Below, piece after piece: positions 28,876 to 36,829 of a stretch of DNA of 49,155 bases; position 1 is the stretch's first letter, and every line of letters begins with the position of its first letter. This DNA is from Clostridiaceae bacterium (GTDB lineage Bacteria > Bacillota > Clostridia > Oscillospirales > Acutalibacteraceae). The notes under the pieces are model-generated. The model did not search any database. It was given only the letters and a program-made list of their open reading frames with translations, and was not told the origin of the DNA. Position numbers and translations under genes: made by a program. The DNA lies in assembly GCA_016297555.1 (NCBI GenBank), contig JAEDGK010000001.1, forward strand, positions 1 to 49,155, given 5' to 3'.

Positions 28876-31575
28876 ATGAAATTCTACCTCGAGCAGGTTG
28901 AGTCGGTCTTTTCTCATGTTAAAAGCACCGAAGACGGCTTAACAACCGCCGAAGCGGAAAAAAGGCTGAGTGAAAACGGTAAGAACAAGCTCAAGGAAGG
29001 CAAGAAAAAATCAATGCTCAAGCGTTTTATGGAGCAGCTTTCCGACCCGATGATAATTATTCTTATCGTTGCCGCCGTTGTTTCTGCGTTTACCGAGTAC
29101 TTTGAGGCCTCGGCAGCAGGGGCAACATATTTCCCGACCGACACGGTCATCATTATGATTGTTGTTCTCATCAACGCTGTTCTCGGCGTTTTGCAGGAAA
29201 GCAAGGCGGAGGCTGCCATTGAAGCGCTTCAGGAAATGAGCGCCGCAACCTCAAAGGTTTTGCGTGACGGAAAGCTGGTTTCCGTTCGCAGCGAGGATCT
29301 TGTTGCGGGCGATGTTGTTATTCTTGAAGCGGGCGACGCAGTTCCCGCCGACTGCCGTATTTTTGAATGTGCAAGCATGAAAATTGAGGAAGCGGCTCTC
29401 ACGGGCGAATCCGTTCCCTCCGATAAGCTTGTTTCACCGCTTAAAGGCGGAGATAAGGGCGAGGTTCCTCTCGGCGACAGAAAGAATATGGCTTATATGG
29501 GCTCCACCGTGGTTTACGGACGAGGCAAAGCCGTTATCGTTGAAACCGGAATGAATACCGAAATGGGCAAGATTGCAGATGCGATTGCTCAGGCTGAGGA
29601 TGGCGAAACTCCGCTCCAGATAAAGCTTAATCAGCTTTCCAAGGTTCTCACATGGCTCGTTCTCGGCATCTGCGTTTTCATCTTTGCATTTCAGGTTATC
29701 GCTTCTTATCTCAGAGGCGACGGTTTGAGCTTTGATATCGCGCTGAACAGCTTTATGATTGCCGTTTCGCTTGCGGTTGCGGCTATCCCCGAGGGACTTG
29801 CCGCCGTTGTTACGATTGTTCTTTCAATCGGCGTTACCAATATGTCAAAGAAAAATGCGATTATCAGAAAGCTGACTGCGGTTGAAACTCTCGGCTGCGC
29901 TCAGATAATCTGCTCCGATAAAACGGGTACTCTTACTCAGAACAAGATGACCGTTGTTGACCATTACGGCGACGACGAGCCGCTTATCGCAAAGGCGATG
30001 GCGCTCTGCTGTGACGCCGAAATCGACGCGGACGGCGCCGTTACGGGCGAGCCGACCGAAGCCGCGCTTGTTAATTATGCAAATTCAATCGGCTTTAACA
30101 AAAATGACCTTGTCGCCAATGCTCCGAGAATAGGCGAAGCTCCGTTTGATTCGGGCAGAAAGATGATGTCAACCGTTCATCAGACTGCCGACGGAATAGT
30201 TCAGTACACAAAGGGCGCTCCCGATGAAATCCTCAAAAAGTGCACTCACGCTTATGTAAACGGAAATATCGTTCCCTTTACGGAGGAAATCAAGGCGGCG
30301 GCGCTTGAAAACAACAAGAGAATGGCGGATAAGGCTCTTAGAGTGCTTGCCGTTGCTTTCAAAAAATATGACTCCGCTCCCGCAGACTTCTCACCCGACG
30401 CGCTTGAAAACGACCTTGTTTTCATCGGTCTTACGGGTATGATTGACCCGGTTCGTCCCGAGGTTAAGGCGGCTATTGAGGAATGCCGCCACGCAGGCAT
30501 AACGCCCATTATGATAACGGGCGACCATAAGGATACTGCCGTTGCAATCGCAATGGAGCTCGGCATCATCAGCGACCCCTCGCAGGCTATCACGGGCGCT
30601 CAGCTCGATGAAATCAGCGATGAGGATTTCAAAGAAAAGGTCGGTCAGTTCCGCGTTTATGCAAGAGTTCAGCCCGAGCATAAAACAAGAATTGTCAACG
30701 CATGGCGTTCAAGAGGCATGATAACCGCAATGACGGGCGACGGCGTAAACGACGCCCCCTCAATCAAGAGCGCGGACATCGGCGTAGGTATGGGTATCAC
30801 GGGAACCGATGTTACAAAGAATGTTGCCGATATGGTTCTTGCCGACGATAACTTTGCAACAATCGTTACCGCTGTTGCCGAGGGCAGACGGATTTACGAT
30901 AATATCCGCAAGGCAATCCAGTTCCTGCTCGGCTCCAACCTTTCGGAGGTTCTTTCGGTATTTACCGCGGCTATTCTCAACTTCACAATTCTCAAGCCCG
31001 TTCATCTGCTTTTCATAAACCTTGTAACGGACTGCTTCCCCGCTCTTGCTCTCGGCCTTGAAAAGCCCGAGCAGGACATTATGAACCGCCAACCCAGAAA
31101 CAGCAAGGACGGCGTTTTTGCGGGCGGCATGGGCTTTGATGTTGCCTATCAGGGAATTCTTGTTACTCTGCTTACTCTTGCCGCTTTCTTCATCGGCGAA
31201 TATCTCCAGAGCGGACAATGGCACTTTATGAATATCGCGGAGGCTGACTGCGCCGAGGGTATGACCATGGCGTTCCTCACAATGTCAATGTGCGAAATCT
31301 TCCACTCGTTCAATATGCGCTCACAGCGCGGCTCGGTTGCTTATATGAGCATTAAGTATAAGTCACACAACAAGTTCCTCTTTATAGCAATGGTTGCTTC
31401 TCTTGTGCTCACCACAGCGATTATTGAGATTCCCGTTGTTGCCAATGCATTCGGCTTTACTCCGATTGACCTTGAGGAATATGCAATTTCTATCGCTCTT
31501 GCATTCAGCATTATCCCGATTGTTGAAATAGTCAAGCTGTTCCAGAGGCTTGCCGCAAAAAGAAAGAGCAAGTAA
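28876..31575 (+). CDS. Cation-transporting P-type ATPase (P2A, Ca2+/Mn2+)
   Basis: LTGES, IPEGL, DKTGTLT, KGAP, TGDGVNDAP and INLVTD motifs. Confidence 0.95.
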   Translation: MKFYLEQVESVFSHVKSTEDGLTTAEAEKRLSENGKNKLKEGKKKSMLKRFMEQLSDPMIIILIVAAVVSAFTEYFEASAAGATYFPTDTVIIMIVVLINAVLGVLQESKAEAAIEALQEMSAATSKVLRDGKLVSVRSEDLVAGDVVILEAGDAVPADCRIFECASMKIEEAALTGESVPSDKLVSPLKGGDKGEVPLGDRKNMAYMGSTVVYGRGKAVIVETGMNTEMGKIADAIAQAEDGETPLQIKLNQLSKVLTWLVLGICVFIFAFQVIASYLRGDGLSFDIALNSFMIAVSLAVAAIPEGLAAVVTIVLSIGVTNMSKKNAIIRKLTAVETLGCAQIICSDKTGTLTQNKMTVVDHYGDDEPLIAKAMALCCDAEIDADGAVTGEPTEAALVNYANSIGFNKNDLVANAPRIGEAPFDSGRKMMSTVHQTADGIVQYTKGAPDEILKKCTHAYVNGNIVPFTEEIKAAALENNKRMADKALRVLAVAFKKYDSAPADFSPDALENDLVFIGLTGMIDPVRPEVKAAIEECRHAGITPIMITGDHKDTAVAIAMELGIISDPSQAITGAQLDEISDEDFKEKVGQFRVYARVQPEHKTRIVNAWRSRGMITAMTGDGVNDAPSIKSADIGVGMGITGTDVTKNVADMVLADDNFATIVTAVAEGRRIYDNIRKAIQFLLGSNLSEVLSVFTAAILNFTILKPVHLLFINLVTDCFPALALGLEKPEQDIMNRQPRNSKDGVFAGGMGFDVAYQGILVTLLTLAAFFIGEYLQSGQWHFMNIAEADCAEGMTMAFLTMSMCEIFHSFNMRSQRGSVAYMSIKYKSHNKFLFIAMVASLVLTTAIIEIPVVANAFGFTPIDLEEYAISIALAFSIIPIVEIVKLFQRLAAKRKSK

Positions 31576-31614
31576 ATAAAGGCAAAAAAACAGCTAAAAA
31601 GAAACAAAAAATAA

Positions 31615-31652
31615 AATGGCTTGTATCGGTTGAATTTCCAATACAAGCCATT
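31615..31652. terminator. Bidirectional hairpin (near-copy of 18743-18780)
   Basis: AATGGCTTGTATCGG-TTGAATTT-CCAATACAAGCCATT between convergent genes. Confidence 0.7.
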
Positions 31653-31716
31653 CTTTTATATTAGTTTCTTTTGGTCCATCGCTTAGTGCGACAGCCTCGT
31701 TTCATTTTCAGTTTTT

Positions 31717-32760
31717 TTATTGGTCTATATTCTGCCAGACAAATGCTACATCCGCGCCGACCTGAACAAAGGTGTCCGGTTCGTTGTTATTGAGCTTTGA
31801 AACACGCTTAAAGCCGTTCTTTTCAAAAGCGGAGCAGAAAGCGTTTGCCATTTCGGCATCCTTAAAGGTTATGTGAGTGATAAGCCTGAATTCCGTCAGG
31901 GTGTTGCGAAGACTGCCGTTGGGGAAGCCGACAACAAATCCCGTGCACCACCAATATTTTGTATAGGGGCGGGTGAAAATGGTTTTGTAATTGCCGTTGT
32001 TATCCTCATCCCAGACAAACGCCATTTCCATATTGAGCCAATCGGGCTTGTCGGCGCAGTAAAAATGAGTTCCGCTTTTGCCGAGCGGTCTTGTGTAAAT
32101 TCCGACCTCTCCGCCAACGAAGCAGTAGCCGTATTGACCTTTCCAAGCCTGTATAAGCCACTCCTTGCCTGAGTATTCAAAGGTTGTTCTGACCGTGTCA
32201 TAATACATTATGCTTATGGGAGCGAGCTTATCGTAAACCTCGTTGAAGCCGAAGTTCTTTTGCCAACATTCCTTGTCATCGGTGTAATAATAATTGCCGT
32301 TGGGGTCATATTTATATGAAGCAAGGTTGACCTTGTTGAAATCGATGTCGGTGTCGGGCGGGATGTATTTCGGCGCTTTGGGCATTGTGAAAACCTCTGA
32401 AAACGCCTTGTTGATTACCGTTGTAAGCTGAGTTACCTTTTCGGTAATGCTTGTAACCGCCTGTGATACTGTTGCCGCCGCAGATGTCAGCGCAGACAGG
32501 GTTTTGCTTTCGGTTTCGGGCGGCTGAGTCTGTTCCGAAGGCTCGTCGGTGAAAAAGTAACTGTTTTCCTCCTCCGAGGTGATTTCATTGAAAATGGGTA
32601 CGCTCTGCGAATAGCCGTAGCTTTGAGCGGGGTCATCCGTGAAATTCGGCTCGATGGCAGGGCTGTCGGAGCCGCTCATTTTAACGGCGAGAACTGCCGC
32701 AATGCATACGGCAGCGGCGGCAACCGCCGAAGCTGCGATAACTGGTGCTTTGTTTTTCAT
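31717..32760 (-). CDS. DUF4474-like membrane-anchored protein
   Basis: TM anchor, S/T-rich linker, CWQKNFGFN, WLIQAWKGQYG...GGEVGIY and YWWCTGF motifs. Confidence 0.8.
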   Translation of the reverse strand: MKNKAPVIAASAVAAAAVCIAAVLAVKMSGSDSPAIEPNFTDDPAQSYGYSQSVPIFNEITSEEENSYFFTDEPSEQTQPPETESKTLSALTSAAATVSQAVTSITEKVTQLTTVINKAFSEVFTMPKAPKYIPPDTDIDFNKVNLASYKYDPNGNYYYTDDKECWQKNFGFNEVYDKLAPISIMYYDTVRTTFEYSGKEWLIQAWKGQYGYCFVGGEVGIYTRPLGKSGTHFYCADKPDWLNMEMAFVWDEDNNGNYKTIFTRPYTKYWWCTGFVVGFPNGSLRNTLTEFRLITHITFKDAEMANAFCSAFEKNGFKRVSKLNNNEPDTFVQVGADVAFVWQNIDQ

Positions 32761-33617
32761 TTAATTACCCCCTCTATAACATCATATTCGCGCACAAAAG
32801 CGTTTATGAAAAGCGGACCCATATCCATTGCAATGATAACGGGCTTTCCTCCCTTTATCATAATTGTCATTCCCTCTCCCTCGCTGAATTGAGTGAGGCA
32901 TCTGTCGGTCAGTTTCTCAACGCTTCCGTCGGAGGGATTTATTGTATAAATCGCCTGTGTTTCATCATTGGACGCGGCGTAAATAATTCCGCCGTAAAAC
33001 TCTGCGCCCTGAATTGCGGCAACGGTCTGCGAAAGCGGAATTTCGCCTGCGGGCTTCATTCCGTCGGCGGTGTTATAAACAAGCAGCTTTGTCGGCTGTT
33101 TTGAATGGTCGGTGCAGTAAAGCAAACCGTTTTCGGGGTTGACGCAGACCCACGGCAGACCGCGGGTAACGGTTTCGCAATCCAGAATGTAGTAATCAAC
33201 AAGCTCAAGCGTGCCCGCGTCATAAACGCCGACAATGGGATAGTCCCAAACCTTGCTGTCCTCAAGCCCCGCATAAATAAAGCCGTTATAATAGCTCAGC
33301 CCGCCGATGTGTTTTATTCCGTATTTCTCGGCAAGCTCGTCGGGTATTGCGGAGTAGTTGGCGTTGATAACGGTTTTAGCGTCCGCCTCAGTCTGAATGA
33401 GCGTGGTTTTTGATGAGAAAAAAAGCGTATCGCCGTCAGTTGTTATTCCCTGTGAGCGGAAATATGCGCCTACGCCGACAATGTTGGTTTTTGCCGTATC
33501 GGTGCGCTCACCCGCCGATATCAGGTCAATTCCGTGAGTGAGCACGGAAAACGGAATTAACAAAACCGCAAATGCAACGGAAACAAGCTTATTAACAAAA
33601 ATTTGAAAACTGCTCAT
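32757..33617 (-). CDS. Secreted beta-propeller-like protein, unknown function
   Basis: N-terminal signal/TM segment; repeated beta-strand blades (SQGITTDG, HIGGLSYYNG, IQGAEFYG, EGEGMT); GGAGG RBS. Confidence 0.6.
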   Translation of the reverse strand: MSSFQIFVNKLVSVAFAVLLIPFSVLTHGIDLISAGERTDTAKTNIVGVGAYFRSQGITTDGDTLFFSSKTTLIQTEADAKTVINANYSAIPDELAEKYGIKHIGGLSYYNGFIYAGLEDSKVWDYPIVGVYDAGTLELVDYYILDCETVTRGLPWVCVNPENGLLYCTDHSKQPTKLLVYNTADGMKPAGEIPLSQTVAAIQGAEFYGGIIYAASNDETQAIYTINPSDGSVEKLTDRCLTQFSEGEGMTIMIKGGKPVIIAMDMGPLFINAFVREYDVIEGVIK

Positions 33618-33756
33618 AATACGCCTCCGATAAATTTTTTGTATCCCGTATTTAAGGGTTAAAATACAGTATAGCAAATTTGGCAGATATAGTCAACGGC
33701 TTATTGCGATTAAGCGTCGCTTTTAATTTTCACATCCAAAGAATGTTTTCAAAACA

Positions 33757-33785
33757 TTGACAATAAATTAAAAAACGGGTAATAT
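33757..33785 (+). promoter_or_regulatory. Sigma-A promoter of pgm
   Basis: TTGACA-N17-TAATAT. Confidence 0.6.
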
Positions 33786-33829
33786 AAAGAATGGATAATT
33801 AGAAAAGCAAAAAGAAAAGGGGAATTGTT

Positions 33830-35551
33830 ATGAACGACGCTGCAAAGCTTTATGATTTGTGGCTTGAAAAAACGGCGGATAACGAAGAAATTCACAGCGA
33901 GCTGCTTGCAATCAAGGGCAGCGACGAGGAAATTCTCGACCGTTTTTACAGAAATCTTGAATTCGGAACCGCAGGTCTGAGAGGAGTTCTCGGCGCGGGA
34001 ACAAACCGAATGAATACTTACACGGTTTGCCAGGCAACTCAGGGCTTGGCGGATTATCTTAACAGCAAATACGAGGGCGCGAGCGTTGCCATCGGATACG
34101 ATTCAAGAATTAATTCCGATGTTTTTTCAAAGCAGTGCGCCGAGGTGCTTGCCGCAAACGGAATTAAGGCGTATATTTTCCCGAGGCTTATGCCCACTCC
34201 GCTGCTTTCATTCGCCGTTATGCGACTGAAATGTAACAGCGGAATAGTAATCACGGCGAGCCACAATCCTTCAAAATACAACGGCTATAAATGCTATGAC
34301 CCTGCCGGTTATCAGATGACGGACGAGGCGGCTATGGAAACATATTCGTTTATCCAAAAGGTCGATATGTTTGAGGATGTTAAAAGAATTCCCTTTGACG
34401 AGGCAACGGAAAAGGGGCTTATTGAATATATCCCCGACAGCCTTGCAGAGGAATTCTACTCACAGGTTATGCAAAGACCGATAAATCCCGAGGTTATCGG
34501 CGGCAGCGACATCAAAATAATCTACACTCCGCTTAACGGCACGGGCAATATCCCCGTCAGAACGGTGCTTTCAAGGGCGGGCTTTAAGAATGTTTCGGTT
34601 GTTCCGGAGCAGGAAATGCCCGACGGAAAATTCCCGACCTGCCCTTATCCCAACCCCGAAATCAGGCAGGTATTTGAGTGTGCTCTTAAAATGACAGAAA
34701 GCGAAAAGGCGGATTTACTGCTTGCCACCGATCCGGACTGTGACAGAGTAGGCATAGCTGTTCTCAGCGGCGGCGAATATGTTTTGCTCTCGGGCAACGA
34801 TGTGGGCGTTTTGCTCGCCGAATATATGCTTTCAGCAAGAAAGGCAAAAGGAACTCTGCCCGAAAATCCCGTTATGACCAAATCCTTTGTTTCAACTCCG
34901 CTTTTTGACAGGGTTGCCGCAAAATACGGCTGTAAGGTTGTTGATGTTCTTACGGGCTTTAAATATGTGGGCGAATTCATTTCAAAGCTTCAGAAGGAGG
35001 GCGGCGAAAACCGCTTCGTTATGGGCTTTGAGGAAAGCTACGGCTATCTTATCGGCACTCATGCAAGAGATAAGGACGCCGTTGCCGCTTCGCTGATGAT
35101 ATGCGAAATGACCGCTTATTATAAATCCAAGGGCAAAACCCTTGTTGATGTGCTCAACGATATATATGCTGAATTCGGAAATTACGCAAACCGTCTTTAT
35201 AATTTTGCCTTTGAGGGCGCAAGCGGAATGGTTAAGATGGCTGAAATTATGAGCGACACGCGGAAAAATCCTCCCAAAGAGCTGGCGGGGCTTCGCGTTC
35301 TCAAGGTGCATGACTTTGAGGCGGGCTTTGTAACCGACTGCGAAACGGGAGAAAAAACCGCCATTGAGCTTCCGAAATCAAATGTGCTTGCCTATTCTCT
35401 GCCGGACGGCAACTTTGCAATAGTCCGCCCGTCGGGAACAGAGCCGAAGATCAAAGTTTATATAACCGGCTGCGGCAAAACCGCTCAGGGAGCGGCGGAG
35501 CTTGCGGAATCGCTTGGCGGCGCAATGAAAAAGCTGCTTAAAATCAACTGA
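33830..35551 (+). CDS. pgm: Phosphoglucomutase/phosphomannomutase
   Basis: FGTAGLRG, TASHNP (phospho-Ser), DPDCDR (metal site), FEESYG and RPSGTEPKIK motifs. Confidence 0.93.
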   Translation: MNDAAKLYDLWLEKTADNEEIHSELLAIKGSDEEILDRFYRNLEFGTAGLRGVLGAGTNRMNTYTVCQATQGLADYLNSKYEGASVAIGYDSRINSDVFSKQCAEVLAANGIKAYIFPRLMPTPLLSFAVMRLKCNSGIVITASHNPSKYNGYKCYDPAGYQMTDEAAMETYSFIQKVDMFEDVKRIPFDEATEKGLIEYIPDSLAEEFYSQVMQRPINPEVIGGSDIKIIYTPLNGTGNIPVRTVLSRAGFKNVSVVPEQEMPDGKFPTCPYPNPEIRQVFECALKMTESEKADLLLATDPDCDRVGIAVLSGGEYVLLSGNDVGVLLAEYMLSARKAKGTLPENPVMTKSFVSTPLFDRVAAKYGCKVVDVLTGFKYVGEFISKLQKEGGENRFVMGFEESYGYLIGTHARDKDAVAASLMICEMTAYYKSKGKTLVDVLNDIYAEFGNYANRLYNFAFEGASGMVKMAEIMSDTRKNPPKELAGLRVLKVHDFEAGFVTDCETGEKTAIELPKSNVLAYSLPDGNFAIVRPSGTEPKIKVYITGCGKTAQGAAELAESLGGAMKKLLKIN

Positions 35552-35564
35552 AAAGGAGTTCATT

Positions 35565-35795
35565 ATGAAAGGTCGCAATTTGTTTGTCAGAATAGTCGCG
35601 CTCATTCTCTGCGCCGTTATGGTATTGGGAGTTGCAACTGCGGCAATCGCCGTGTTTGCCGCTGAGCCTGACGCCGTTGTCGCGTCGCCCGAAACGGGCA
35701 GCCGCTCTATGGTCTGGGTTGTTGTTGCCGTTGTTGCGGCGGTTGCGGTTATAGTCGGCTGTCTTGTTGTGCCGAAGATTGCAAAGAAAAAATAA
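35565..35795 (+). CDS. Small secreted peptide with SPETG sorting-signal-like C-terminus
   Basis: AAGGAG RBS; signal-peptide-like N-terminus, SPETG, hydrophobic stretch and KIAKKK tail. Confidence 0.7.
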   Translation: MKGRNLFVRIVALILCAVMVLGVATAAIAVFAAEPDAVVASPETGSRSMVWVVVAVVAAVAVIVGCLVVPKIAKKK

Positions 35796-35796
35796 A
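35778..35796 (+). repeat. 19-bp direct repeat, left copy
   Basis: ATTGCAAAGAAAAAATAAA, identical to 36751-36769. Confidence 0.85.
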
Positions 35797-35804
35797 AAGA
35801 GAGG

Positions 35805-35892
35805 AAATGAAAATGGACCTGATAAATCAGGTCCATTTTGTATACATGACAGGAGCCAAATGCAACCCCAGGACGGAATAACTCTCGACTCC
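35805..35892 (-). ncRNA. Putative DUF3800-associated structured small RNA
   Basis: Own promoter; stem GGAGUCGAG/UUUGGCUCC with an imperfect inner stem; ends in a 14-bp terminator hairpin with U-run. Confidence 0.7.
35810..35839. terminator. Bidirectional terminator hairpin
   Basis: AAAATGGACCTGAT-AA-ATCAGGTCCATTTT perfect inverted repeat. Confidence 0.85.
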
Positions 35893-35898
35893 ATTTAC

Positions 35899-35927
35899 AG
35901 TATACACTACTATTATATATTTGTCAA
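35899..35927 (-). promoter_or_regulatory. Sigma-A promoter overlapping the DUF3800 stop codon
   Basis: Minus-strand TTGACA(35927-35922)-N17-TATACT(35904-35899). Confidence 0.8.
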
Positions 35928-36686
35928 GGGAATTTTATTCTGCCGTATGTAATTTAAATTAGTTACAAATTGGAAACCGTATTCGTAATATTTACGATTG
36001 GGCTGGATGGCATTTTCTGTTTTAGCAACTATTTTGTCATACAATTCCTTGAGCCATTTTTCGTAATCGGTAATCGGTTGTTTGGTGTTTAATCCACTTG
36101 AATAATACTGGCGTACAATACCAGCGAAAATATCGGCAATCTGGATGGCAGGAGTTATTTTGGAACTGACAAACAAAGGGGTTTCTAATATTCTGTCAAA
36201 TGTTTTTCCTAATTGTGACTTGAAAAGAAATCCACTAAAGCTGTTAGCGGTTTCAAGGTCTTCTCTTTCATTTGTTTCGTCAAAAACGAAAATTGATTTT
36301 TCAATATTTCTTCGTTCACAAAAGTACTCAACTTTTTTCAAAAGAAGATGGTATTGTTTTGGCAGGACTCCTTCTTTTGTGGCAGGTAATTCCTGCGGTC
36401 GTTTCATTATTACACAAAATGTTGTAATGTTATGGCTCGTTGCAATGTCTACAAACTTATCTGCGTATTCTTTGTTTTTAGTACGGTTTTTTTCAATGGT
36501 TTGTCTTTTGATTATATTAGTGGATTTGATTTCGTCTTGTTTATTATAGATTTGATTTTTAAGCTTATATATGTCATTGTCAATGGCTCTAATATCCTTT
36601 TCATATATGCAGACCGCCATCAATACGGAATATTCATTGTCATCTGTTGGTCTTGGATATCCGCTTTCATCAATAAAGACAAGCAT
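35913..36686 (-). CDS. DUF3800-domain protein (predicted RNase H-like fold)
   Basis: N-terminal FIDESG, EIK, FVFDE and C-terminal S....IQIADIFAG, the family signature; AAAGGA RBS; AT-rich codons. Confidence 0.85.
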   Translation of the reverse strand: MLVFIDESGYPRPTDDNEYSVLMAVCIYEKDIRAIDNDIYKLKNQIYNKQDEIKSTNIIKRQTIEKNRTKNKEYADKFVDIATSHNITTFCVIMKRPQELPATKEGVLPKQYHLLLKKVEYFCERRNIEKSIFVFDETNEREDLETANSFSGFLFKSQLGKTFDRILETPLFVSSKITPAIQIADIFAGIVRQYYSSGLNTKQPITDYEKWLKELYDKIVAKTENAIQPNRKYYEYGFQFVTNLNYIRQNKIPLTNI

Positions 36687-36750
36687 TATGTCAGTCCTTT
36701 TTCTGATTTTTATTTATAATAACATATTATCTACAACAAATCAACTGAAA

Positions 36751-36769
36751 ATTGCAAAGAAAAAATAAA
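36751..36769 (+). repeat. 19-bp direct repeat, right copy
   Basis: ATTGCAAAGAAAAAATAAA, identical to 35778-35796. Confidence 0.85.
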
Positions 36770-36787
36770 CGAATACCGAATAAATTT

Positions 36788-36819
36788 AACGGGCTTGTGC
36801 ATCGCACAAGCCCGTTTTT
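36788..36819 (+). terminator. Terminator with T-run on plus strand
   Basis: AACGGGCTTGTGC-ATC-GCACAAGCCCGTT followed by TTT. Confidence 0.8.
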
Positions 36820-36829
36820 AATGCTGTTA

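Larger units (their letters stand above)
35778..36769. mobile_element. AT-rich inserted cassette (DUF3800 gene + ncRNA) bounded by direct repeats; no mobility gene
   Basis: Direct repeats, visibly AT-rich sequence relative to the flanks, and a displaced plus-strand terminator at 36788. Confidence 0.6.

Noticed and set aside
35378..35952. ORF-track ORFs 35378-35836, 35544-35894 and 35764-35952 over the putative ncRNA
   Set aside because: They overlap real genes antisense or out of frame, lack an RBS and run through a strong terminator. The ATG at 35894 lies at or just upstream of the predicted TSS, so a leaderless peptide is not strictly excluded but is unlikely.
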